64,000 nucleotides of DNA from an uncultured delta proteobacterium. Its GTDB lineage: Bacteria; Desulfobacterota; Binatia; Binatales; Binataceae. Of the stretch, positions 49,880-60,812 are shown piece by piece; within the stretch, counting starts at the first letter, position 1, and every line of letters begins with the position of its first letter. The position numbers were made by a program, and so were the translations under genes. Under the pieces are notes generated by a model. That model did no database searches, was not told the DNA's origin, and saw nothing but the letters and a program-made list of their open reading frames with translations. The stretch spans positions 1,216,001 to 1,280,000 of the forward strand of contig CAVRVY010000004.1 in NCBI GenBank assembly GCA_963724765.1, given 5' to 3'.

Positions 49880-49965
49880 GCGCCTTGCGTTAGAGTCTTT
49901 GATCGAATGATCCCGGCGCTGAGCGTCGTCGTCGACGGCGCGAGCGCCGGCCACTTGCCCATTAC

Positions 49966-51405
49966 ATGGCTTCATCCGGGGGTTTAACGAGCTTGGCAAA
50001 TTCACGATACGACCTGGCGGTAATCGGTTCCGGCCCGGGCGGCTACGTAGCGGCGATCCGCGCGAGCCAGCTCAAGATGCGGGTCGCGGTGGTCGAGCGC
50101 GAGGAAGTGGGCGGCGTGTGCCTGAACTGGGGATGCATCCCGTCCAAGGCGCTGCTCAACTCGGCCGAGACGATCGAGTCGATTCGCGGCGCCGCCAAGG
50201 AGCACGGCATCGAGGTCGGCGAGGTGAAGGTCGATTTCGCCCACGTCATCAAGCGCAGCCGCGAGGCGGCCGACAAGCTCTCCAAGGGCGTGCGCTTCTT
50301 GTTTCGCAAGAACAAGGTCGACCTGTTCGAGGCCAACGCGAGTATCGCGGGGCCCAATAGCGTGGCGCTCGCGCCGGCCGCCGGCAAACCGCCACCGTCC
50401 ACCCCAACGATCGAGGCCGAGCGCATCCTGGTCGCCAGCGGCTCGGGCGAGCGGCTGTTCGGCGGGATGAAGGTCGGGGACGGCGTGATGACCAGCCGCG
50501 AGGCGCTGCTGAACGACCATCTACCGGAAAGCGTCGTCGTGATCGGAGCGGGCGCGGTGGGACTGGAGTTCGCCTATTTCTACCAGGCCTTCGGCGCCAA
50601 GGTGACGGTGGTCGAACTGGAGAAGCAGATGCTGCCCGGATTCGACGCCGAGGTCGCCGAGGAACTGCGCCGCTCCTTCGTCAAGCGCGGGGTCACCGTG
50701 ATGCTCGGGCACGGGTACAAATCGATGGAGCGCAAGGGCGGGCGCTGGACGGTCACGCTGGAGGCCGGCGGGGCTGCGAAAATCGTCGAGGCCGAGGCCG
50801 TGCTGGTCGCGGTCGGGCGCAATCCGCTGAGCCCGAACCTGGGACTGGAAAAGGTCGGTGTCGAAACGGAACGCGGCGGCTTCATCAAGGTTGACGACTC
50901 CTTCCGCACCGCATGCCCGAGCGTTTACGCGATCGGCGACGTAATCCGCCCACCCCTGCTCGCCCACAAGGCGTCGGCCGAGGGTACCGCCGCGGTCGAA
51001 ATCATGGCGGGGGTGCGCGAGCCCGGCTTCGACCTGTTGTCGATCGCCGGATGCATCTATTGCGAGCCCGAGGTCGCCACGGTCGGACTGACCGAGGCGC
51101 AGGCGCGCGAGCGCGGTATCGAGGTCAAGGTCGGCAAGATCCCGTTTCGCGCGATCGGCAAGGCGGTCGCGGTCAATCAGACCGAGGGCTTCGTCAAAAT
51201 AGTCGCGAGCAAAGAATATAGCGAAGTGCTCGGCGCGCAGATCATCGGCCATCGTGCGACCGACCTGATCTCGGAAATCGTGCTGGGACGAACGCTGGAG
51301 ACCACCACGGCCGAGATCGGCAAGACGCCGCATCCGCATCCCACGCTGTCCGAGGCGATCATGGAGGCAGCGCTGGCGGCCGAGGGCGAGGCGATCAACT
51401 TTTAA
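49966..51405 (+). CDS. lpdA: Dihydrolipoyl dehydrogenase
   Basis: GSGPGG, GGVCLNWGCIPSK, GAGAVG, LAHKA, HPHPTLSE. Confidence 0.97.
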   Translation: MASSGGLTSLANSRYDLAVIGSGPGGYVAAIRASQLKMRVAVVEREEVGGVCLNWGCIPSKALLNSAETIESIRGAAKEHGIEVGEVKVDFAHVIKRSREAADKLSKGVRFLFRKNKVDLFEANASIAGPNSVALAPAAGKPPPSTPTIEAERILVASGSGERLFGGMKVGDGVMTSREALLNDHLPESVVVIGAGAVGLEFAYFYQAFGAKVTVVELEKQMLPGFDAEVAEELRRSFVKRGVTVMLGHGYKSMERKGGRWTVTLEAGGAAKIVEAEAVLVAVGRNPLSPNLGLEKVGVETERGGFIKVDDSFRTACPSVYAIGDVIRPPLLAHKASAEGTAAVEIMAGVREPGFDLLSIAGCIYCEPEVATVGLTEAQARERGIEVKVGKIPFRAIGKAVAVNQTEGFVKIVASKEYSEVLGAQIIGHRATDLISEIVLGRTLETTTAEIGKTPHPHPTLSEAIMEAALAAEGEAINF

Positions 51406-51553
51406 GGCATGAACTTCGGCCAACTCCTCAACCCACTCATCCTGGGGAGTAATCAGCGGGTCTGATTGCGCCTTCGACGACCTCGCTCGCAATCGCTAAA
51501 CAAAGGGTCCCAGTTGCGTTAGGGTCAGTCGGCGGAATGGGCGGGGGCTATAG

Positions 51554-54186
51554 ATGAACACGCTTATAGAGAGGTTGCGATCAGAAGTCGCGGACTGGCG
51601 TTCGGCAAACTTCCCGCATGGCGAATATCCCGCTATTTCTGAGGTATTCGAATGGGCGGCGGAGCCGGAAGGAGCTGGTTTTCACCTGAGGATTCCACAG
51701 CTTCGCGCCCTCGAAGTCTACTGGCTTCTCCGCCTGATCAAGGGCACTCCGAAGATTGCCGATCTATACAAGAGTTATTTCCCAATCCGTGAAGATCCCG
51801 ATGGATTCCTGAAGGCGCTCAACATCTCCGACGCGGCATTCAGGGCATCGAAGTACGACTTCGACGTACTCTGGGAAAACATCGCCATCAACGATGATTT
51901 CGTCCGTGAGCATAGCCTACAGGCCCTCCGCGAGACGCTCGGCCTAGGATATCCAAGTTACATCCTGGCGCTGGCGATGGGTGCAGGCAAAACAGCGCTC
52001 ATAGGTGCCATCATCGCAACCGAGTTCGCGATGGCCCTCGAATACCCTGATAGTCCGTTCGTGCAAAACGCCCTCGTTTTCGCGCCCGGAACCACAATTC
52101 TTGGTGCGCTCCGCGACCTTGCCGCCGTTCCGTATGAGCGTATTCTCCCGCCGCGGCTATTCAAGCAGTTCGCCGCGACGGTGAAACTCATCTTCACACG
52201 CGACGGCGAGCGCGACATCCCCATCATTAAGGGCAGTTGCTTCAACGTCGTGGTCACAAACACTGAGAAAATCCGCATCCAAAAGGACACAATCCGCAAG
52301 AGTGATATCGGCAGGCTGTTGAATCCGAGGAAGGAAGATGAAGCTCGCGCGGAAGTCGCCAACCTCCGCCTGCAATCAATAGCCAGTCTCCCGCATCTCG
52401 GCGTCTTTTCCGACGAAGCGCACCACACGTACGGACAAGCGCTCGACACAGAGCTCAAAAAGGTGCGCAAAACCGTGGACTACCTCCACTCGCATAGTCC
52501 GAATCTCGTTTGCGTCGTCAACACCACCGGCACGCCGTACTTCAAGCGACAGCCGCTCCGCGATGTGGTCGTCTGGTATGGGCTCTCGCAAGGCATTGCT
52601 GACAACATCCTGAAGACGGTCGGCAATAATATTTACGCCTACAACTTCGATGGCGACGCGAGACAACTGTTGGGGCAAATCGTCGAAGATTTTTTTGAGA
52701 GGTACCACAACGTTACTCTCCAGGACGGTTCTCAGGCGAAGCTCGCCATTTATTTTCCACAAACCAACGACCTCCGTGAGCTTCGCCCGGCAGCCCGGCA
52801 GTCGAGGCGAAGCTTATCGAACTAGGTCTGTCCACCGAGCTCGTCATGGAGCGCCACAGCACTTCTGGAATCGCCGAAAGAAACGCTTTCGAACGTATCA
52901 ACGATCCCGTCTCACCCCATCGCATCATTCTGCTCGTAAACATGGGAACTGAGGGCTGGAACGTGCCAAGCCTCTTTGCCTGCGCGCTCGCCCGAAAGTT
53001 GAAGACGTCCAACAACTTCGTCTTACAGGCCGCCTCGCGCTGTCTAAGGCAGGTTGCGGGGAACGTCGTGCCCGCATCAATCTACCTATCTACAGATAAC
53101 CAGCGCACGCTGGACAAAGAACTCCACGAGACCTACGGCGAGTCGCTCGAAGACCTACGCCGTAAGCAAAGCAACAGTCGGGCCGCCACAATCACTGTAC
53201 GCAAGCTCAAGATTCCTCCGCTCGTAGTCCGCCAGCTCGTCCGCACCGTTGTCCGAAAGGAAACGACCAGCGCGACCGCTTTCGCATTTACGAAGCCGGA
53301 AACGGAAGCTGGGCCGAAGCTTGAACGCCTCACTTTCGCTATCGCTCAGCAATCCGCCACTCGTGCCCTGCTCAAGCAGACCGGAGACACACTCACGATA
53401 GAGGCCGAGCCGGATACCGTCGACCTGTACACAGCCGCTACTGAAATGTCCGCCATCTACCGGCTGGAACCATGGATTGTGCTGGAGGAGCTCCGCCGTG
53501 TTTGTGGCAGAGCGGATGAACTGCCACTTGTGCAACTTGCGGGTTTGAGCGCGCAAATAGAAGCGCAGTTCTCCGAATACGAGGTTAAAGAGGAGCTTGT
53601 CGAGCGTGCCCTCGCGCTCATAAAGCCGAACGGCTTCACCCTGTCGCTCGACGCGACCGGCGCGGAGACCTACACAGCTGAAATCCGCTATCCGGTAGAC
53701 CGCGAAAAGCTAATCGCCCACTTCACCGAATGGCGATGTCGCAATGAAGGACGATCCGCTGCGTTCGGCTTCCACTACAGTCCCTACAACTTTGACTCGA
53801 ATCCTGAACTAAGCTTTTTCGAGACGCTGTTCGACCATCTCAGCCTTCAGCCGCACCATGTGGAGGATATCTACTTTACTGGAGCCATCACGGACCCGCG
53901 CAAATCGGATTTCTTTGTCGAGTATCTCGGTGAAGATGACCGCTGGCACCGGTATACACCCGATTTCGTCATCCGCCGCAAAGATGGTCGCTGTCTCATC
54001 GTCGAAATCAAGGGGGACAATATGCGCTCACATCCAGTTAACGGCGTGAATGGCAGGAAGGCGGTCGCCGTTCGTCAATGGGAGAAGTTGAACCCGGACA
54101 AACTCCGTTACCAGATGATTTTCGTGAAGGATGACGTACTCACCCGCGAAGACAGTGCTGACGCCCGCAAATTCGCAGGGGACTGA
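51554..54186 (+). pseudogene. Type III restriction enzyme Res subunit, frameshifted by an 8-bp duplication
   Basis: AMGAGKT, SDEAHH, TGTP, EGWNVP, YTPDF...VEIKG; removing one gcccggca (52785-52800) fuses 51554-52825 and 52846-54186 in frame. Confidence 0.88.
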
Positions 54187-55887
54187 AGAATGTCCACCTA
54201 CGATAAAACCAGGGCTAAGGATTCCTCGGCAACTCGGCCGAAAGTCGCGAAGTCCGCAATTACGCCCGGCAAAGTGGATAAGAGCAAGAGAGTCGTCCGT
54301 AAAGCTGCAGAAGCGGAGCCCACTACTGTCGAAACCAAGCAGGTGAACATCGCGAGAGCTAAAGGCCGCCCAATGCTCTCCTGGGTGGGCAAACGCCCCC
54401 TCCGAGCCGTTACCACTTTTCCGGCCCAGCTCGTCGAGACCTTTACCCCGCAGGGGGCGGACAAGTCGAACACGGCAGACGTGACAATCTGGAAAGATTG
54501 GCCGGAAGCGTACCCGCGTGGAGGTTTACTCTTCCACGGCGACAATAAAGAGGTGCTTGCGCATCTACTCGCCAGTGGGCTTCGCGGCAAGGTGAGTCTA
54601 ATCTATATTGATCCACCTTTCGACAGCGGCGCTGATTACGTGCGCAAAGTGCAACTCAGAGGCCCAAGAGGAAACGCAAAGCTTGAAGGGGAGACGTACT
54701 CACTCGGCGAGCAACTCCAATACAGCGACATTTGGGCCAATGACAACTATCTTCAGTTTATGTATGAGCGACTGCTGATGATGAAGGAGCTGCTGGCCGC
54801 TAACGGCAGCATCTACCTACACTGCGACAATCGAAAGGGTCATCACCTCCGATGCCTTCTCGATGAGGTTTTCGGGTCGGAAGCAATCGTCAACGAGATC
54901 ATCTGGAGAAGCACGACCTTTACAGGAAGCAGCAAAGCCATCGCGAACCGCTATCCGACCGACCACAACACCATTTATTGGTACCACAAGGGCGACGCAT
55001 ACGTCTTCAATAAGGTTCGAGAAGCCTACAAGGAGGAATACCTAGCGAGATTTACGAACCCAGACCAGGATCTGCGAGGTCCTTGGCAAAGCGTATCGCT
55101 GAAGACGTTCTCGACAGAGACCTTTGAACGTCTCAAGGCAGAGAAACGTCTGATTTCGCCTCAGCGCTATGGAGCCGGATGGAGATTCAAATTCTACCTG
55201 AGTGAGGCCAAAGGCAAAGCTGTAGAAACTTTGTGGCTGAACTTGGAAAGTACGCCCACCGCCGTCGAAGCACGAGGCTATGTACCCGATGCTGGAGCTT
55301 TGATCCCTTCGATTTGGTTGGACATTAACATGGCGAACTCCATGGCGGACGAACGGACGGGTTATCCGACCGAGAAGCCCGAGGAACTGCTGTCCCGCGT
55401 TATCGAAGCGTCCTCAAACCCGGGCGACTTAGTGCTCGACTGCTTTCTTGGCTCGGGCACGACGGCTGCCGTAGCACAAAGGCTGGGCCGTCGTTGGATT
55501 GGTTGCGACATCAACAAAGGTGCAATACAGACCACGACTGAGCGCTTGCAACTGACTATCGCTGAACAGCTCGCTTCCACTCGGTCCGCAACTCAGCAAC
55601 AAAACTTGCTTCCGGACGATACGCCTAACCCCGCGCGGCCCGCGCAATTCGGCTTCGCGGTGTACCGTGTCAACGACTATGACCTTGCCATTCAGCTCAG
55701 CGAAGCCGTAAACCTAGCGTGTGAGCACATCGGTGTCACACGCACGCTTAGTGATGCATTCTTCGATGGCACGCTCGGGGGCAAGCTCGTAAAAATTGTT
55801 CCTTTTGGCCATCCACTTTCAGCTGCCGATTTGGAGGACATGAAGCGGGAACTCGACGCCCGCGCCAACGAATCACGTGATGTACTA

Positions 55888-57037
55888 GTATTGTGTCCCA
55901 CAAATAACTTTACAGGAGTGAGGCCCATCTGCTATGGTCCGGTGGAGGTTGAATGGGATGGGCAGGCCGAATGCAGCCTTGATGATTACTCAGTCGGAGC
56001 GGTCGCAACTGCGCTCGATCGTGCGTTCGCGCAGCCTGCCGCATTCGTTGGTGCGGCGCGCACAGATCGTGCTGCTGTCGGCCGCTGGCGCCGCCAACAG
56101 AGAGGTCGCCAGGCGCTGCGGGGTTAGTGCTCCGGTGGTCAGTCTGTGGCGCCAGCGTTATCAGCAACGCGGCATCGCCGGGCTGCACGCGGAACTTCGT
56201 CCGGGCCGACCGCGCAGCCATAGCGACGAACAGGTAGCGGGCTTGCTGCGCAAGGTACTGCACAGCAAGCCCGCCGTCGCCACCCACTGGAGCGTGCGCA
56301 GCGTGGCGGCGCATACTGGCATCTCCAAGAGCACGGTCGCGCGCTACTTCGCGCTGTTCGGCCTGCAACCACATCGGAGCAAGAGCTTTAAGCTGTCCAC
56401 CGACCCGTTCTTCGTCGAAAAGGTCCGCGACATCGTTGGGCTTTATCTTAATCCGCCGGACAACGCGCTGGTATTGTGCGTGGATGAGAAGAGCCAGGTG
56501 CAGGCCTTGGAGCGCACCCAACCAGTGCTGCCAATGGGGCTCGGTTATGTCGAGGGAGTGACTCACGATTACTATCGTCACGGCACTACCACGCTCTTCG
56601 CGGCACTGGACATCGTCGACGGCGGGGTCATCTCCCAGTGCAAGCCGCGCCATCGCCACCAGGAATTCCTGAGCTTTTTGAAACATCTCGATGCTAATAT
56701 GCCGGCCGATCTTGAACTGCACCTGATCGCCGACAACTACGCGACTCACAAGCATCCCAAAGTCAGAGCGTGGCTCGCCAGCCATCCGCGCTTTCACCTT
56801 CACTTCACGCCCACCTACTCAAGCTGGCTCAACCAGATCGAGCGCTGGTTCGCGCTTATCACCCAGCAAGCGATTCGCCGCGGCTCGTTCCGCAACGTCC
56901 GGGAACTGGTGGGGAAGATCGACGCCTACGTGGCTCATTACAATGCCCACAAGCGGCCCTTCGTCTGGACTGCCACCGCCGACTCGATATTCAACAAACT
57001 CCAGCGCATCTGTAAACTTATTAATGGGACACAACAC
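55888..57037 (+). mobile_element. IS630-family insertion sequence (1150 bp) with duplicated TA target
   Basis: Imperfect terminal IRs gtattgtgtcccacaaataactttacag / ctgtaaacttattaatgggacacaacac; TA at 55886-55887 and 57038-57039, both in CTAG context. Confidence 0.95.
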
Positions 57038-57040
57038 TAG
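55958..57040 (+). CDS. IS630 DDE transposase
   Basis: VDEKS, DNYATHK, SSWLNQIERWF; stop codon uses the target TA. Confidence 0.96.
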   Translation: MGRPNAALMITQSERSQLRSIVRSRSLPHSLVRRAQIVLLSAAGAANREVARRCGVSAPVVSLWRQRYQQRGIAGLHAELRPGRPRSHSDEQVAGLLRKVLHSKPAVATHWSVRSVAAHTGISKSTVARYFALFGLQPHRSKSFKLSTDPFFVEKVRDIVGLYLNPPDNALVLCVDEKSQVQALERTQPVLPMGLGYVEGVTHDYYRHGTTTLFAALDIVDGGVISQCKPRHRHQEFLSFLKHLDANMPADLELHLIADNYATHKHPKVRAWLASHPRFHLHFTPTYSSWLNQIERWFALITQQAIRRGSFRNVRELVGKIDAYVAHYNAHKRPFVWTATADSIFNKLQRICKLINGTQH

Positions 57041-57851
57041 CAGTGTGCGTCGGCAAGGAACTGGGCGTAGACGGTTGGCTAGCCGATTGGAATCGGTTGC
57101 GCAAACAAGGCGACACGCCTAATAAAATCGAAGTCATCGAACTCCGCACCGACCCGAGATATGGCAAGTTCATCGCACACCAGCCCGCCCAAGCCCGCCT
57201 CGCCATTCGTCGACTCAAAGCGAAGGACGGCGACAAAATCGTGGTCGAAATACAGGATTTCATTTCACCCACCGTTGTGGAACGACTACAGGCGCAGAGC
57301 GGTGTGCTCGCACCAAAAATCTCAGATTGGCGAGCGATGGTGGACAGCGTGATGATTGACCCAAGCCACAACGGCCAAGTTTTCAATATCGGTTTCTCCG
57401 ACATTCCCCAGCACAAGCAGGACTATGTGCAAGGCCGCTACGAACTGCCTGCGCCTGTCGGTGAGAAGACCACGGTCGCCGTTAAACTGACCGACACGCT
57501 CGGCGAGGAAGTCATCGTCACAAACGAGGTCTGAAGCTGGAAAGCAAAGGGGCCGCTACTGGTGCCATGCTGGAACCATAGAGGGACGCACAGCACTGTA
57601 TTCTGATGATCTCGCAGTTAAAGCGACGAGCGATTTTCGCCAAAATTCCTAGGGTCGGTGTCTTGTGGGTCGTCCGATTAAGACTGGAGCTTGATTCGTA
57701 ATCTCTGGGTGACGCGCGGGCGCGCTCTGGGGTCGAGGCGTCGTATTGCTCGATTCATTTGTTGAGCTTGCTGAGCCAGTGCTCTGGCTGTGTCCTTCGG
57801 TGACTTCAACGGTTCGTTGGACTCCAACGAGGCGATGCTAGAATGCATCCC

Positions 57852-58088
57852 ATGAAGAGGGCCGTACGCGAGTCGCGTTATCGATCTTGTGAGGTTGGAC
57901 GGCTTTTGCAGGAAGGCCAGAAAATCGGAATCACCAAACGCGGACGCGTCATCGCGGGGCTGTTGCCGGCCAGCCCTGCCATGTCCCGGCGTCGCCGATT
58001 TTCTCGCGGGTCTGCGATCGATCTTCGGCGCCAAAACGCTCAAGGTGAGAGCGCAAAATTACTGACCAAGGAGCGCGATCGCTATTAA
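57852..58088 (+). pseudogene. Degenerate Phd/YefM-type antitoxin (orphan)
   Basis: EVGRLLQEGQKIGITKRGRVIAGLLP; typical DFLA.LR.IFG segment is in another frame; no toxin gene adjacent. Confidence 0.6.
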
Positions 58089-58094
58089 GCGCAT

Positions 58095-58862
58095 ATGGAG
58101 ACGAGCGGCACACTTGAGATTGCGCGGCTGGGAACGGTCGATTATGAATCCGCGCTCGCGCTGCAGGACACGCTGGTGGCGGCGCGCCGCGACGATTTGA
58201 TCGGCGATACGCTGCTTATGCTCGAGCATCCGCACGTCTTCACCCTGGGCCGCGGCGCCGACGCTCGCTACCTGCTCGAAGCGCGGCCGGGAGTCGCGGT
58301 GTTTCGGGTCTCGCGCGGCGGCCAGGTCACCTATCATGGCCCGGGACAACTGGTCGGCTATCCGATCCTGAAACTTCAAGGGCACGACCGCGACATCCAT
58401 CTCTATTTGCGCAGGATCGAACAGACGATGATCGACGCGCTGGCTAAACTGGGGATCGCAGCGGGACGGCGTGCCGGCCTTACCGGCGTATGGGTGGGTG
58501 AGCGCAAAATCGGCTCGATCGGCGTCGGCCTGCGGCGCTGGATAACGCTCCACGGCTTCGCGCTCAACGTGTGCACCGACCTCGAGTATTTCGGCGCGAT
58601 CGTGCCGTGTGGAATCGCGGAAGTCGAGATGACCTCGATCAAACTTGAACTTGACCGCGAACTCGGGCGTGAAATTGGGCCCGAAACCAGCGACTGCGAG
58701 ATCGCTGCGCAACCGGACCTCGGCGCAGAGGCGGCCGCCGCAGTCGAGCAATGCTTCGCCGCGGTTCTCGGCTACGAGCGTACCGCCATCGCCGATGTTG
58801 CAGCGCTGTGGGCGCGCGTTGACCCGGTCGCCGCCGACTGCGAAGCTCAGATTCGTATATGA
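58095..58862 (+). CDS. lipB: Lipoyl(octanoyl) transferase
   Basis: EHPHVFTLGR, RGGQVTYHGPGQ, KIGSIG, HGFALN, IVPCG. Confidence 0.97.
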   Translation: METSGTLEIARLGTVDYESALALQDTLVAARRDDLIGDTLLMLEHPHVFTLGRGADARYLLEARPGVAVFRVSRGGQVTYHGPGQLVGYPILKLQGHDRDIHLYLRRIEQTMIDALAKLGIAAGRRAGLTGVWVGERKIGSIGVGLRRWITLHGFALNVCTDLEYFGAIVPCGIAEVEMTSIKLELDRELGREIGPETSDCEIAAQPDLGAEAAAAVEQCFAAVLGYERTAIADVAALWARVDPVAADCEAQIRI

Positions 58863-59722
58863 CCGAGCGCAGACATCCAGACTGGATCAAGGTGCGAGCG
58901 CCGACCTCGCCCGAGTACTTCCGCACCAAAGCCTTGCTGGCGGAGTTGCGGCTCCATACGGTCTGCCAGGAGGCGTGCTGCCCGAATATCGGCGAGTGCT
59001 TCTCGCATCGCACGGCGACCTTCATGCTGATGGGCGACGTGTGCACGCGTAATTGCCCCTATTGCGCGGTGGCTCATGGCAAGGTGCGTCCGCTCGATCC
59101 CGACGAGCCGCGGCGTATCGCCGAGGCGGTCGCGCGCCTGGGCCTGGACCACGTGGTCGTCACGTCGGTCGATCGCGACGATCTGCCCGACGGCGGCGCG
59201 TCTCATTTCGCCGAGACCGCCGGCGCGATCAAGCAGCTTCGACCGGCCACTCGAGTCGAAGTGCTGGTGCCCGACTTCAAGGGATCGTGTTCGGCGGTCG
59301 AAACCGTGGTCGGAGCGCCGGTCGCAATCTTCAATCACAATATCGAGACTGTACCGAGCCTATACCGCAAGGCCCGGCCCGGGGGAAACTATCGCCGCTC
59401 GCTTGACGTGCTGGCGCACGCCAGGGATTTCGGCAACGCCGGTAGCCGCGAGCTCCTGACCAAGGCGGGCATCATGCTCGGCCTGGGCGAAGAAACGGCC
59501 GAAGTTGAAAGCGTGCTGCGTGACCTGCGCGCAACAGGATGTGACATCCTGACCCTCGGCCAATATCTGCGCCCCTCCCGCGACCATCTGCCGGTCGAGC
59601 GCTACGTGACCCCGGCCGAATTCGCCGAGCTTAAGTCCGTGGCGATGGCGATGGGCTTTCGCCACGTCGAGTCCGGACCGCTGGTCCGTAGCTCCTACCA
59701 CGCCTGGGAGCATGTGAATTAG
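58859..59722 (+). CDS. lipA: Lipoyl synthase
   Basis: CQEACCPNIGEC, CTRNCPYC radical SAM motif, GPLVRSSY. Confidence 0.98.
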   Translation: MTERRHPDWIKVRAPTSPEYFRTKALLAELRLHTVCQEACCPNIGECFSHRTATFMLMGDVCTRNCPYCAVAHGKVRPLDPDEPRRIAEAVARLGLDHVVVTSVDRDDLPDGGASHFAETAGAIKQLRPATRVEVLVPDFKGSCSAVETVVGAPVAIFNHNIETVPSLYRKARPGGNYRRSLDVLAHARDFGNAGSRELLTKAGIMLGLGEETAEVESVLRDLRATGCDILTLGQYLRPSRDHLPVERYVTPAEFAELKSVAMAMGFRHVESGPLVRSSYHAWEHVN

Positions 59723-60014
59723 ACTGCTGTCCGACTTTCCTTTGCCGTCCCTGCTCTCCAGACTCTGATTTCACAGCGATGCTGCTGGGCCGCATCCCCT
59801 CGTTGCGCCACCGCAACATCGAGCGGCTTCATAGCGATCTTGTCGGTGCCGGCGTCTGATAATTAGGGAAAGCATTAGCACCCCTTACCATCATTTGTTC
59901 CTTTTTCTTCTCAGAGTGATTAGATATTTTTAATGAGCATATCAGATGTTATACATCATTTATTACTCTTAATTAGGCGCTAGACTAGAACGGGCCTTAG
60001 ATGATTCGTCTAGA

Positions 60015-60029
60015 CGGAACGTGTTTTGC
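60015..60029 (+). promoter_or_regulatory. Putative sigma54 promoter
   Basis: CGGAAC-GTGTT-TTGC (GG-N10-GC) after a strongly AT-rich tract (about 59890-59975). Confidence 0.55.
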
Positions 60030-60069
60030 GTAACAGCAGAAGCACCCCGCGGGGGAATGCCGGAGGACC

Positions 60070-60801
60070 ATGAATCTAAAACTCGAAGAGCTAAGGAAGC
60101 GTCTGCTCGATCCGACGGCAACGGCCACGCCACCGCCTCCGACTGAGACGATTTACAAGCGCAGCGCTGACACGATTAGCCCGCCGGAGTCTCCGGTGGT
60201 CATCAACGGCATGGACGCCGCCGAGCGAAGGAGCACGCCCTTGCGGGAGACACAGCAAACCACGGCACAGCCGGACTCACTGGCCAGCACGGTTCTCCAG
60301 TACGTCGGCGAAACCGCCGATTCGGGCACATCGCGCTACCAGTTGGCGCAGGCGGTAACCAAGGTCTTTGACTCGACAAGGCAATATCAGGAACGGCTGG
60401 CCGATCTGGCCAAGTCCTTCGACACCATCGAGCAGACCGCGCAGTCGGCCGCGCGCGCCTTCGAGCCGATCCGTGCCTTCCGCGAGCAGATGGAGAAACT
60501 GTCGAGCACCTTCGAGCCGATGCGCTCGTTCCAGGAACAACTTGGCACGCTCGCCGAATCGTTCGAGCCGATGAAGGCTCTGCACGAGCAAATAGCGATG
60601 CTGGCCGAGGCTTTTCAGATTAACCTTGCGCAGTTCGCGCGCTCGATGGAGCCTGCGAAGGTTTTCCAGATGCAGCTTGCCAAGCTGGCTAAGACCTTCG
60701 AAGCGGTGGAAGAATTGCAGGGCCAATTTCTCGAACTGTCAGAAACTTTTCGCGTTGCGTCGCATAGCAACGGCAGCAACGGCGCGATCGCTCGTAACTG
60801 A
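60070..60801 (+). CDS. Hypothetical protein with 17-aa amphipathic helical repeats
   Basis: RBS GGAGG; FEP repeats at 17-aa period. Confidence 0.8.
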   Translation: MNLKLEELRKRLLDPTATATPPPPTETIYKRSADTISPPESPVVINGMDAAERRSTPLRETQQTTAQPDSLASTVLQYVGETADSGTSRYQLAQAVTKVFDSTRQYQERLADLAKSFDTIEQTAQSAARAFEPIRAFREQMEKLSSTFEPMRSFQEQLGTLAESFEPMKALHEQIAMLAEAFQINLAQFARSMEPAKVFQMQLAKLAKTFEAVEELQGQFLELSETFRVASHSNGSNGAIARN

Positions 60802-60812
60802 GCATTTAAATC

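Larger units (their letters stand above)
54190..57534 (+). pseudogene. Type III R-M methyltransferase (Mod), interrupted by IS630
   Basis: IYIDPPF, YPTEKP, DCFLGSGTT; removing the IS plus one TA gives in-frame DVLAVCVGKEL (730 aa total). Confidence 0.9.
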
